A stretch of DNA of 63,833 bases, filler included, from Olpidium bornovanus S191 (lineage: Eukaryota; Fungi; Olpidiomycota), in the NCBI GenBank assembly GCA_017911155.1. It is 29 parts of 29 records of this genome, joined end to end, with 100 filler letters (N's around TTAATTAATTAA, not from the genome) between each part and the next. Parts side by side here need not be neighbours in the genome. Positions count along the whole stretch, not along the records: positions 19,734 to 21,421 come from JAEFCI010004197.1; positions 21,522 to 23,901 come from JAEFCI010010676.1; positions 24,002 to 26,741 come from JAEFCI010005453.1; positions 26,842 to 30,650 come from JAEFCI010000087.1; positions 30,751 to 33,318 come from JAEFCI010005203.1; positions 33,419 to 34,858 come from JAEFCI010001097.1; 23 more parts are not named here. One strand, 5' to 3'. Below are positions 21,396 to 34,958 of the stretch, in pieces; the stretch's first letter is position 1; each line of letters starts with the position of its first letter. Below the pieces are notes generated by a model. That model did not search any database and was not told the origin of the DNA. It was given only the letters and a program-made list of their open reading frames with translations. Position numbers and translations under genes: made by a program.

Positions 21396-24001
21396 AGCTC
21401 GTTCCGTGGGCGCTTCCAGGCNNNNNNNNNNNNNNNNNNNNNNNNNNNNNNNNNNNNNNNNNNNNTTAATTAATTAANNNNNNNNNNNNNNNNNNNNNNN
21501 NNNNNNNNNNNNNNNNNNNNNAATAAAACAGCCGCAGATATCAAGGCCGCAGGAAAGGGCGAGAATGGAAGGTGCCAAGCATCTAGCTACCCTGAAGTCT
21601 CATTTCATCTAAAAACCCGCAGATCACAAGTTCGCAGACATGTGAAAAAGATTAAGCACGGTGCAATGAGCAGCAGAATTTGCCGTGTGACTCCGGATTA
21701 CGTTTTTTATTTCTGCACGCAGCCCCTCCTTAATGTCGGATGCCGCCAACGGTGCGGTTACAAGAAGTGAATGGTGACGGGAAGTGATAAAACAGCCGCA
21801 AATTACCAAGGTCGTAAAAAGGTGCAAAAAGGAAAATGCTAAGCAGTTATAATTTCATCTTTTATTTCTTGCAACGCGTCGGTTACAGAAGCGTGTTGGT
21901 TAGGTATCCTGTCGTTTAATCGGGTACACGTGACGGACACGCGTCAAGCTCACTTCGGAATCCGTGAGCCGTTCCTCCCGGCGCTGCTTTCTTTTGTTTT
22001 TTGTACGGGTGTTTTACAGAAGCAAATTGTCAACCGCCCGAACTTTGAAGTAGAAGAATGTTCTGCGCCCGTCTTTCAAACAAAGTTCGAAAACAATAAT
22101 AGAGCGCGGAACGCGCTTTTCGGCCGCCTGTGAACAAGCCGTTTTGGGGAAAAAAACGCGGTTTCCGGCCGCCCATCCATTCACACAAGGTCAGCAGTCT
22201 TTTCCTTCAGTTCTTTCCTTTGGTTGCCGCGTGCGGTGGCCGTCCACTGTGCGCAGTGCGGCACTCCTCTCCTCCCGCGGTGGGCCCCTGGGCGGGAAAA
22301 GTCGGACAAGACTGGACCAGGGGCTCTCCCGGGCCCCTGGGGTGGTCCCCGGCTAACCGGCAAACACGCCTCCAAAGCGGCGCTAACTGCTAACTCGCGC
22401 TAAACCGCTTGAAGGGGTGCTCGGCGTCTTTGGCGAAAGGCCGACTCGGTTGTGGCTCAATGATGGTGCTGTCGGCGCTTCGTTATCCAATTCCCCCTTC
22501 TGCCCCCCCGCTCCCCTACTCGAAAGTTTCCCGCTGCCGCTGGCCAGTAGAAAAGTAAGCTTGAATCTATACCAGTATTAGCAGATGCAATAATATTATT
22601 ATATTCACTATTGGAGCGCAGCATAGTTCCATATGAGAACCAGTCACACTCCTCCCTCCTACCAAATACAACGATGGCTTCAAAACGTAAAAACGACTGC
22701 GCGCGCGGGCGATCATCTTCGACACCCACCCCACCCCCGTCCAAGCAATTCCTGCCCTGGCCCGTGCGCACTGGGGCAGGTCCTTTTCTGCCAAGACAAC
22801 TGGAGAAATCATGCATTATACTGATGGCCTCTTGAGTTGTAAAGCATTTGCTTGTTCCGCCGCTTTTTTTCGACGGGAGTACATGTGTACAAAAAGAAAC
22901 TGGCACCTGACTATGAAAACGGCAAAGCAAGAAAAGTACTCACCGACTAGGTTCACTTCGTCATCTGGAAGACGGAGTTTGAGAACCCTCTCCTGCCCCT
23001 GCATACCAGATGTTATACTTGTCAAAGTCCTGGTTTTGCGTTTTGTGGCCGTTCAGCCGAATGTGGCCGAATTTGGAACACTCCTATGTGACACGCAAGT
23101 GTCAGATTCGTGACTACCCCTTTTTTCTCCAGGTTGTTGTGGTTGCCTGTCTTCAACCGCAACTTGTGATGTATTGTAGCTCCAACGCAAGGACTTCGGG
23201 TGCACCGTGCTGCGCATAATGGCCGGAAGATTCAGCAGGATGGGCCGGGAAATTTTGAACGGCGGGCCTGTGGAGAACAATGGAACCTTGTGCCCCGGTG
23301 TTCTCATGCCAGCCCTCGACGGCGCCAGCGCGCAACCCTCCCTCCAATCCAACCCCAATCTACCAATAATGGATTCTTAATTATTAATTCTATAACTCAT
23401 TCGGATCCATCCATAAATGTGGTAAGCGACCCCGCGCGCAAAAAAAGAAGTAAAATATAAAAAAAATTACCGTTCAACCGGCAGTTCCTAAACACCAGTC
23501 CGGATTTCGCCAATTGGGGGACACTCTCCTGGCTTTTGTTCCACAAATTCAGAATGAAACACCTTCGAGAACACCACGACAACCACAAACCCAAAGTAGA
23601 AAACATTTTGAATCCAATTTTTTTTTCTAAAGAACTAATGGCGTTCTTTAACTCTCGATGTATCGGTAGCATTCTTAAACGCTGGCGACCAACGTTTGCG
23701 CGGCAGTTTCGATGCTGGGCCTCCTGGTTGTGGGGCGGGGCCTTGTGACCGGCCGTCTGGCCGGCGGCGGAGGCGGCGGCCATGCGGGCGCGCTGGGCGC
23801 GCTGGTGGCCACCTGGTGCGTGTCTGCCATCCAGCTTAGAAACGGAAGGTCACACGCAGATCAATTTCACGATGTTAGGTCCTTTGCAGGTTGCCGCTGA
23901 TNNNNNNNNNNNNNNNNNNNNNNNNNNNNNNNNNNNNNNNNNNNNTTAATTAATTAANNNNNNNNNNNNNNNNNNNNNNNNNNNNNNNNNNNNNNNNNNN
24001 N

Positions 24002-25580
<1,579 letters not shown>

Positions 25581-25710
25581 GAAGCTCCAACCGTCGTCGC
25601 TTCCCGGGCAGGGGAGAGCAGGAGAGCGGGCGTGGGCGCGTGTGTGTGCGTGCGTGGGTGTGTTGTGTGGAAAGGGGGGGGGGGGGGGGGGGTTCGGCCG
25701 GGGGGAGAAG

Positions 25711-25747
<37 letters not shown>

Positions 25748-26129
25748 CGGGGGGGGGTTTGGGGGCCGGTTTTTTTGCCCGTTTTTCCGTTTTAACCCGT
25801 GTTGACTTTTTTTTTTTGGGAGACCGAAAAAAGGAGAAGGCGGGGGAACCGCAACGCGCCCGCGAGAAGACGAGCAACGACGGCTTTTTCTGTGTTCACG
25901 GCGCAACAACGCGATCTGCTCCGGGCCTGCTTTACGTCACGGGAACCTGGCGATTCACAATGCCAAAACCAAAAAGATCAACAAACCCAACTTCTCGAAG
26001 ACGACAAAGAAGCCAAATCCCGGCGTGGGTAATCTCTGAGAAGGCAACGTACTCTGCTTAGTTAGGTTTGTTGCCGCCGAAGAAAAAGAAGGAGAAAGAA
26101 GGAAGGGGAGGGGTGTGCGGCGCTACATC

Positions 26130-26741
26130 AGGGGGTAGTGCACAGATCTAAATAGCAAGAGGAATTTACGCGATGTAATAGCCCTGCGCGCATGGGGAAG
26201 TCGGGGCAGCCGGCGGCACAAAAAGTGCAGATTACGACACGCCTCGATGGTTGAGAGCGGAACACACCTCTGCTTGATTGACCGCCAGAAAATCGCCGCA
26301 CAGCCGACAAGGATAGTGATGTAGCCAGTCTGACTTTCACGGTCTTCTGCTGTCTCCTGCCCAATATGCGTCGACAAAGCCTTCGAGCGCGTGCCGGATC
26401 AGGGGTCCACACTGTTCCGCGCAAGACATGAGACAGCAACGGAAGTGTCTGGCAGGGTGCATCCTGAAAGGTGGAGGAGAGAACCAACGATTTGCCGAGA
26501 GAGGGTCTTGTCAGGAGCCGGCTTGTTTTCTGCGCAAGCAACGAGGCGCAGATTCAGTTCCAACAACCTCGACTTCAGAATTGCCTTCTCCAGACCGAAA
26601 TGTGCCAGTATTTTTTCGAACATGGTGCTACTGGTTGAAAAAAATGTCATCATTTGGATAGCGCAAGATTCTGATGCGGATGTTGAAGAGCATACGCAAC
26701 CATTCCGTGTTGAATTTCGCGTTGGCCGTCTCTTGTCGCGC
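26130..26741 (-). mobile_element. Degenerate Ty1/copia pol (RT end and RNase H)
   Basis: RQIVGSLLHLSGCTLPDTSVAVSCLAR, GFVDAYWAGD, DRESQTGYITILVGCAAIFWRSIKQRCVPLSTIEA. Confidence 0.85.
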
Positions 26742-26841
26742 NNNNNNNNNNNNNNNNNNNNNNNNNNNNNNNNNNNNNNNNNNNNTTAATTAATTAANNN
26801 NNNNNNNNNNNNNNNNNNNNNNNNNNNNNNNNNNNNNNNNN

Positions 26842-27813
26842 CCATGATCCGCGCACAATCTTCACATTGCTGGTTGCTGACTACGTACTCCACTTGGAAT
26901 ATTTGCTGGAGAATCGTCGACGTGAGTACCTGCATTCAGTGAAATCCGGCCAAAAATAGCGCAGTCAACAAGCGTACGCCGCTGAGCACGAGAGGGGAAG
27001 AGTGGGTGGGGCGGCAGCGCGACTACGCTACTAGTGGAGTCGTTTGCCCCAGCCCTACACCCGGGGGACTTGGCGACTTCGGTTTTTATACGAGTCGTTG
27101 CCACCGCGGAAACGAAGAAGTCAGAACGCGGGTCCTCATGAGTTACGTACCTCCTTCTGTATCGTTAGCTTAACTCTGACGCGCCTGGAATGCGGCTCGG
27201 TCCAAATGAAGCCGGCATCGATTAGACGGACCTTCGACAGGCCTTTTAACTTCTTGAGACAAAGCGCAAGCAGCTCCCTGCTCTCCAGCTGGGCCGACAC
27301 CCATGTGCCTGGCGGCTGAAGATACCGCTCACAGGCCCTGCAGAAGTGCAGGGTGACTTGCTTCGGGATGAACTCTGTGATGTCTACCGTGGTCCGGAGA
27401 CAGTTGATGCACATGTTCGCTGCGTTTGGCACAATCGAAGTGCCGCACTGGCAGCATAAACTGCAAAGCAAGCCGATCAAGAACGAGCAGGTGAAGCGTC
27501 GGACCGTCGTGAAGCGCAAAGCCCGCCGGCCCAATAACAAGGAAAGAGAAAGCACAGAGTCAGCGCCGCCAGCTTGTGACGTCCAGACGTAGTGCCTGAC
27601 GGTGACAGGCGGCAAGCCCACACTCCTGCCCGCGGTGCGGCGGGAACCAGCCTTCGCCGTCGTCTTTTTTCTTCCACTAGACATCCCCCCTGCCCTCGGG
27701 CGGCGCCTTTTTCCCCGGTTGTCAGCGGCACTGCGGGCGGAAAAAAAAAAAAGCGGGGCAAGCCCGACGTACATGAGGTGCTGGCGCGGCGCTGGCTGTG
27801 CGTGGTGCTCCAT
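26842..27813 (-). CDS. NMD3: 60S ribosomal export adaptor Nmd3, 5-prime part, spliced
   Basis: ILCCQCGTSIVPNAANMCINCLRTTVDITE, FCRACERYLQPP, LESRELLALCLKKLKGL, LIDAGFIWTEPHSRRVRVKLTIQKE, ILQQIFQVEYVVSNQQCEDCAR. Confidence 0.95.
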
Positions 27814-30750
27814 GGCAAGGCTCGTTCCGCAGTGCTCCATTCGACGGGGGTTTCTGCTGCCGCTGGAGCGCGACCGGCGGTTTCCTCCTCTTTCCAGCGC
27901 CTCGCGTCCGGAGGCTTTCTCGTGCGTTATTTTTTTTTTTTTTTTCTCACCCCTTTTCTCCCTTTTCCCCCTTCGTTCTCCGCCCCACCGCTGGGCCCCG
28001 TCTGTCTTCCCGCCCTTGCCCCTCGATGCACCACCTCCCCCCGCCGCCCGCCCGACCCCTGCTCACGCATCTCCTGCACGGAAACCGCGCGGCTGTGCTG
28101 GCGGGTTGCTGTCCGCATGTGCTGTGGCGGCGGAGCGTCTTTGGAATTGCTGCTTAGAGGCCTCTGTTGCGGCTGAAGGGGGGAGGAGGGGGGGCGGGGT
28201 TTTCAAAGCTCGGCTTCTCTTCGGCACAGACGTGTCGGCCGCACCCGGGTTATGCGTGCTCGAGAGTTCGCGATGCTCTTTTGTCTCTTGTTGGCGGGAG
28301 GCCGCGGCGGCATGTTCCGCCGTTGCGTTGGCTGGCGAAGCGGACGGGTGACATTGCCCAGCCTTTCTGACTGGGGTCGTGCGAGTGGCTGATGGCGAGC
28401 GGAGATTCCCACAGGACATTTCATTGGTGGAAACAAAATAACGATCGAAGAACAAAAAGAATTCTTTGGCCACGAAGCCCTCAGCCAACTATTCCCTAAA
28501 TATAACACTTCTTCGTCCACTCTCATCGTCGTTGTCACACTCATCTGTTAATTTCCAGCGCAGGTTTTCTGCACCTGCAAAAGATGCCCGTGAGTTCACA
28601 GTTCTTTTGTAAAGACACGTGTCCTTCCATTATGTGATAAGAGCTGTAAGGTTTGGCTCTGGTGGCCAAAGTAACTTTACTTCTTTCAGTTCTTCTAACT
28701 CGCACAATACAGTGTCTTGCCTTGTGACGTTCCTATCCCCCGTTTCTCTGACACACTTTTGCCATGTTTCCTTGTTTGTGCTGCGCTTCGTGCTTTTGGT
28801 GCTTGTTGGCTGCCTGGCGCTATCAAGTCAACGCACACGTCCAGTCGATGCAGACTGCCGATAAGACCGCAACCGGCCCGAAGCGCATCCGCACATCGAA
28901 GAGCACTGTCGGGGGGCCAGCGGTGGTGGCAACGGCGGCGGCGGTGCTGCCCATGCGAACAGCACCAAAAAGAAAAACAAAGAAAGATGTAAGTTAAGGT
29001 TCCAAGTCCTTTATTTAACTAAAGGCAAATCCTGTAGTGGTTTAAATCCAAAAAGCCCTTTCGAGGCGGGGCCGCCGGAGCGGGTAATGGCGGCTGGGCC
29101 CCAGTCTACGCGCGCCGGCGGGCATGTGCGGTGGAGCCTTGCGTTCACGTCAAGACTCAGAACTGCACGAAACCACCGGCGTGCATGCTCGATTTAATCG
29201 GCTACGACGACGGAGGATAACGGTGCGCCCTTGGTATTTTCCGTGTCCCGTCAGGCTAACGGTAAATCATGGCCGTAGGCGGACACGCTCCATCCCCGGC
29301 ACTGGCAGTTTCCATTCCCAATACAGGCATCCCGAAACCCCGCCACACATTTCATGGTCTATCGTCTGCTGAACGTACATTTCAAATATGGCAGTGGTGG
29401 TGCTCTCACACTGGACGACTTCGTCACTAAGTCTTGGCGAATACTTTCACTTGTGCTGTCGCAGAGATTCAGGTTCTGCAAAGCGGCCGCCAAACAGAGG
29501 GGAGTGTCGCATTTTTTTTGTCCATTATCAGTTGTTAATGTTTTAGCGGATCCGTGGGGACGGTTCTCGCGGGCGCCGTGAGTGTGCTGGAAAAGAGGAT
29601 CTCAACTGATCAAGTTCCACCTTTCTGGATACTGTCTCTTCGTAAGAATTCATGATATTCGTGGTTTCCACGAACCGGTCGGCTTTATTGACTGGTCTGA
29701 CTTTTCGAATCGCAGGCGCCGACCTTTTCGACTTCTTCGTTTGGTGTTTCTCAAATGATTGATGAGGGGCCTGTTGCCGGAGACGCGGGTAGGCCTTTCG
29801 CGCCTCTTCCAGGAGATCCTCGTCGGTCGGTTGACGGCCTTCTGTCGCTTAGGGCAACTTCACCAACGTCTCCTTTACGGTGCGGTGGGCGGGAGCGATC
29901 TTTCGCAGGTTTTCTGGGGCGGCGCGTCGTGCGACGTTGAGAGATATGTTTTGGTTTTATAGCCCTAGTGCCGCACACAGCCCACAACGCCGGACGCGAA
30001 ATTCGGCAGGGACGTCCTGCCGCAGCATCCCCCAGCACGCCGTTACCCTACGAGGTTCCACGGTGCTCGCTTGGCGCGCGTTCCCGTCGCACGCAGGCCG
30101 TATACGGGCAACAACCAGGTGACACGGTCGGTTTCTGTGGGAAGCAGCACCCCCACCGAGCTTCCCATCCAAACCACTTCCGCGAAAAATAATCCGACTC
30201 CGCTGACCATCTTTTTCGCCAAAAAAAAAATAAATAAAAAAATTAATAAAAAATAAACAAAAAAATACATAAAAAAATAAATAAAAAATAAAGAAAAAAC
30301 AAATAAAAAATAAAAATAAAAGTAAATAGAACGTCGAACCCCGCAAATTCCAGCAGCGTTACCGGTTTCACGTGGCGCGGCTGGTAACCTGTATGGCAGT
30401 CTTGCATGCGCAGAACGGGGCGATCCGGGTTTAAGACACGCGTGATGGAACCGAAGAATAAGCGACAGCACGATCCCTACCACTTTTCTGCGATTTTTTC
30501 TCCTTTTTTTAATGCCCCAGCCTTCGCGTTTGTTTCTTTCTGCATTTCTGTTTTGCTTTCAACGACTTAGCGCGCTCGTCCGATGTTTCCGGCGCTTGGT
30601 TTTCTTTTCCAGAGGAGCACATTTGCTCGGTCGCACGTCGCGCTCATGCCNNNNNNNNNNNNNNNNNNNNNNNNNNNNNNNNNNNNNNNNNNNNTTAATT
30701 AATTAANNNNNNNNNNNNNNNNNNNNNNNNNNNNNNNNNNNNNNNNNNNN

Positions 30751-30906
30751 CGGCCGAGAGCGCGGAAAGGCTTGCGCGTCTCGCGGGCTTGGCAGCGGAG
30801 CCGCAGCGCGCGCTGCTCGGAGGCTTCTTCTGGCTTCTCCCGGCCGCCGCGTCCTTCGAGCGGCGGGGATGCGGCGGCGGCGGCGGGGGGGGGCGGGGGG
30901 GGGGGG

Positions 30907-30940
<34 letters not shown>

Positions 30941-30991
30941 AGGGGGGGAAATCCCCAGGAAAAAAAAAGCCCCCCCCTTCCCCCCCCCCCC

Positions 30992-31024
<33 letters not shown>

Positions 31025-31229
31025 AGAAGAGAAACTATGCGCCTCGCGCCGCCACAGCCGCCGACCGCCGCCGCCGACCGCCCCCAGCGGCCCCCGCCGC
31101 CGCCGCCGCATTCCCGCCGCTCGAAGGACGCGGCGGCCGGGAGAAGCCAGAAGAAGCCTCCGAGCAGCGCGCGCTGCGGCTCCGCTGCCAAGCCCGCGAG
31201 ACGCGCAAGCCTTTCCGCGCTCTCGGCCG
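30751..31229. repeat. 139-bp near-perfect inverted repeat (30751-30889 vs 31091-31229) around homopolymer runs; probable foldback artefact
   Basis: The two arms are reverse complements with one visible mismatch, and one arm starts exactly at the contig end. Confidence 0.85.
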
Positions 31230-31714
31230 CGCGGTACTCCCCGCTCCTCGCGAACCTCGCCTGGCCGGCCGCCGAGGAATCCGGGGACGCGCAAGACGAC
31301 GGCGGCGGCGGCGGCGACCGCCGCGCCGGTCCGAACGGGAATTCGGATGCGGGCGCCGGTAAATTTTCCTTTTTTCATTTATTTTTTTATTTATTTCTTT
31401 CTTGCTTTCTTCCTTCCGGAGTGCGCGGGGAGCGAATGGAGCCGCGCGCGCGCTCCTCAGTCTGAGCGATCTGACGGATTTCTACTGCACGTTGTTCTGA
31501 CGCGTCGTTGAACATAAGGAAGAAACGGTTTCGGCAACACTCCGTTGGCTCGCCTTCTCGGTTTCCTCGGCGGTTCCGAGTCCGACGACGACGTTCTCGG
31601 CGGCTTCAGCGGCGGAAGGTGATGAACAGGCCCTGCCCCATTTATTCTGCAACTCCGTGGTAGAAAAAGGAAACAGAAAAATCTGATTAAAAGCCGACGG
31701 CCGGTTTTATTTTT

Positions 31715-33250
31715 TTGTTTGGCAGCACGCCGACGTCCGGCAGGAGTACGCCTCCGGCAAACTCTCGGCGCCTGACGATCGGCGTGGGGCTCTCGGACAC
31801 GCTGGGCGTTGCGCGGCGGCTGGAAATTCCTCCGCGCCCCGCGTCAGCGGCGGGCGAACGCAAACGCGCGGCTTCCCCGGCGCCCCCTGCTGGACCGATT
31901 TACTCGGAAGTTGGCAGGGACGGATCGCCGCCTCAGCCAACGCTCTCCAACGGTTCCACTCTCGGCATCGTTGCGCCGCCGAACGACTCCGCGCAACAGC
32001 CCTCGTGGGGGGTAAAAGTCTCCGGAGAGCTTTACGCTTCCCGGCGGGAGGGAGTGTTAGAAGATATCGAGGAGCTCGATTGGCATGACGGCTTTCCCGA
32101 CAAGTTGTCTGGCGACGCCGCGAAGCGCGAACGCCAGGTCGCGGCACTGGGAGTTCCGGAGGCCGGCGCCGTCCAGCCGGCAGAAATGTGGAACGGGGGA
32201 AAACGGCGTGATGCGGCGTCTTTGGACGAAGGCCAACAGGGCGACGGAGCGGCATCTCCTCAAACCCCGGGCCCCGCTGTCGAATCCGGCCAGGGAGAGG
32301 CGAAAGCGCGGCTCAGGCGGCGAAATACTGTGCCGTCCGACAGGTTCCCTCCGGCCCCGCCGCGCTCGCCGCTGAGGAGGACCATGCCCACTCCAGAAAG
32401 CGCGGGCCCGTCTTCCAAGGGCAACTCCGCCGCCTCCAGCAGCCAGTCGTCGCCGAGGGTCCTCCGCCGCAACCCGCGCGCTCCCGCGAAAACAACGCCC
32501 GCGCTCTCCTCCCAGCCCGTGCAGCGGGTCTTCCGGGCCAAACCCGCGCCCGATGCGGGCGGCCTCGCCGGTAGCTCCCCGCCGGCGCGGACCAACCAGA
32601 GCCTGGCCTCCCGGGCGAAAGCCGCGCAGGCCTGCGCCGGCCGCTCGCCGCCGACGCCCCGGTCTCCTGAGCCGTGTTCGCGCTGCAGCCGGCTCGCCCT
32701 GGAGCGGCTGGAAGCCGCCGAGCTCCGGGTGGAACTCGAGATCGCGCGGGGCCAGGCCAACGCCCACCGCGAGCTCTCCGAGGAGGCGAAACGCGAGGCG
32801 GCGGCCGCCTACGAGAAGGCCCGGGCCGAGATGCGGGACGGCCTTGAGAAGGCCGAGGACATGTGGAGGGAGGCGGAGGACGTGCGGCGCGGGGCGGCCC
32901 AGTTTGAGGACCGCCTCGCAGAATTCCGCGATGCGCTCGAGCGCGAGAGGGAGGCGAAGGAGAACTGCAAAGGGTTGTACGAACAAGCCGTGGAAATGCA
33001 AAAGGAGGAGAGGGCAGAGAAGGACAGGTTGGCAGAGGAGGTAGGCGAATTCATGGCATCGCGTTCCCTCCCCGACCGCTTGATTTATTTCGTTTTTTCT
33101 TGTTGTTCCGCCCAACGCGACTAGGCGGACATGGCGAGGGAGAGGATATATTTCCTGGAGGAGGAGTTGCGGGCCCTGCAAAAAAAAGAGCAGACTGACA
33201 GTAAGATTGCGAATCTGCGTTAGCCCGCGAAAGATCTGGGAGGGACGGCG
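31715..33250 (+). CDS. Hypothetical protein with a disordered N-terminus and a long coiled coil, spliced, partial
   Basis: ORF of over 440 codons ending in heptad-rich RLEAAELRVELEIARGQ...EKDRLAEE, then a GT-AG intron to ADMARERIYFLEEELRALQKKE. Confidence 0.5.
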
Positions 33251-33458
33251 CTTACCTTTTGACGCGGAGGCGCATTTCCCGGTTGCGCGGATAATGGCAT
33301 CCCCGACAGTCGACATGCNNNNNNNNNNNNNNNNNNNNNNNNNNNNNNNNNNNNNNNNNNNNTTAATTAATTAANNNNNNNNNNNNNNNNNNNNNNNNNN
33401 NNNNNNNNNNNNNNNNNNGGGGGGGGGGGGGGGGGGGGGGGGGGGGGAATCAAAAAAA

Positions 33459-34724
33459 CTATGGCGAGAAGAGGAAAGAACCGGCCAGAATCACGAAGAC
33501 GAGAGCGGCCAGCGTGAGCCGTCGGCCCGGCGCCGCGGTCGGATTCGCCGACGACCTCACCCTGAAAATGGGGTTCGGGTTCGCTTTCGTCGCGTAACCC
33601 AGCGATTCAAGCACGCCGAGAAGGGTGGGGCCGAGAGGCCCGCCTTCGCCTTTTTGGACGGCGTCGGCGAGAGACACGCCCGGATCTACTCGAAAGCGCT
33701 GTGCGAACGGCGAGCAGAGAGATAGAAATTTTTTTATCGCGTCAGCGGATGCGGACGACTCCTTCTCCGCTTTCCCCCCGTTCGTAACGGCTCTTCGCGC
33801 GAAAATACGTACCATTAGGAAATCGGACTGGCGGTCAAACCGCGGGCCGCGTAGGGACACGAAAAAGCGACACGTCTGTTAGCGCAAACCCGTCGGCGGG
33901 AAACGCGCCCGAGTTTTCCGACCGCAAAACAAAAAGCGCTTACGGTGTCACTGAACGTCTTGAGATCCGCGTGGCTCACGCTGGAACCGGGCTGATAAGG
34001 CGACAGCGACGTCTCGAGCGACAGCTTCTGCTTGCCGGCGGTGACGAACGCGAGGGACTGGGCAGTGGTCGATAATCTGAACATCTCGCCGGCGTTGGTT
34101 TTAAAAATGTCGGACGCCTGGACGGCCGTCGTGAAGGCCTGAAGGCTGGCAAAAGTGGTGGACGGGCCGCTGAAAATCTTGTTTAGCGCCGCCGTTCTTG
34201 CGGAGACGGGCGCGTTCGTGGCCGTCTCGACCAGGAAGCGGTCGAAAGCGTTCTGCAGGAGGGGGCAAGCGGCGCGGGCGAGTCGCACGCGTGAGCGCAA
34301 CCCGAGACGCTCCAGGTCATACCCCGCGGCCCCCCCCCCCCACCCCCTTCAGCACGGGAACCCGGGCGGCTCACCTCCACGAATCCGCTGAACACGAATC
34401 CTTCCCGGGTGGATGCTCCGCTGATGCCGGGAGTGAGGGCGGACGGCGCCTGGTTGACGTAATCGTCCCAGGAGCTGGTGAACCCGAGACCGTGGATCAT
34501 TTCGTGCAGGACCACGAACAAGAAGTCCGACTGGCCGGCGGCCATCGGCGTCGGGTCCCCGGGGAAGTGGAACTTCGCGGCCGAGTTGAACTGGGCATAG
34601 ATGTCGCTGCCGGTGAAGCGCTGGTGCTGGGGCAGGTTGAGCTGCTTCACGAGGGCCTGCGGGTACGCGCGAAGCATCCCGTCGTCGTCCTGGAGGACGA
34701 GAGTTCGTCCCGGCGCGGCGCCAC
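33459..34724 (-). CDS. HExxH zinc-metallopeptidase-like surface protein, 3-prime part
   Basis: GRTLVLQDDDGMLRAYPQALVKQ, SDIYAQFNS, DFLFVVLHEMIHGLGFTSSW, LETSLSPYQPGSSVSHAD, DFLM, and a hydrophobic C-terminal tail LTLAALVFVILAGSFLFSP*. Confidence 0.75.
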
Positions 34725-34779
34725 CTTCAAGGAGGCGAGGAGCGTGAGCACGTCAGCCGCGGCGCGCAGGAGGCCCTCC

Positions 34780-34822
<43 letters not shown>

Positions 34823-34958
34823 CCCCCCCCACCCCCCCCCCCCGCACCCCCCCCCACCNNNNNNNNNNNNNNNNNNNNNNNNNNNNNNNNNNNNNNNNNN
34901 NNTTAATTAATTAANNNNNNNNNNNNNNNNNNNNNNNNNNNNNNNNNNNNNNNNNNNN

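Noticed and set aside
21522-21830. Three loosely similar AAAACAGCCGCAGAT-like words about 88 bp periodic
   Set aside because: Too degenerate and too few to distinguish from chance by eye.
21930-23901. Short ORFs in this contig (and in 4491-5200, 7026-8400, 28000-30650, 37011-38622, 41059-42352, 61544-62709) as genes
   Set aside because: Some exon-like pieces exist, but I could not assemble a consistent spliced product or recognise a domain, so they are left unannotated.
30751-31229. 139-bp inverted repeat as a MITE or hairpin RNA gene
   Set aside because: One arm begins exactly at the contig end and the loop is homopolymer runs, which is typical of amplification foldback or misassembly; no target-site duplication is visible.
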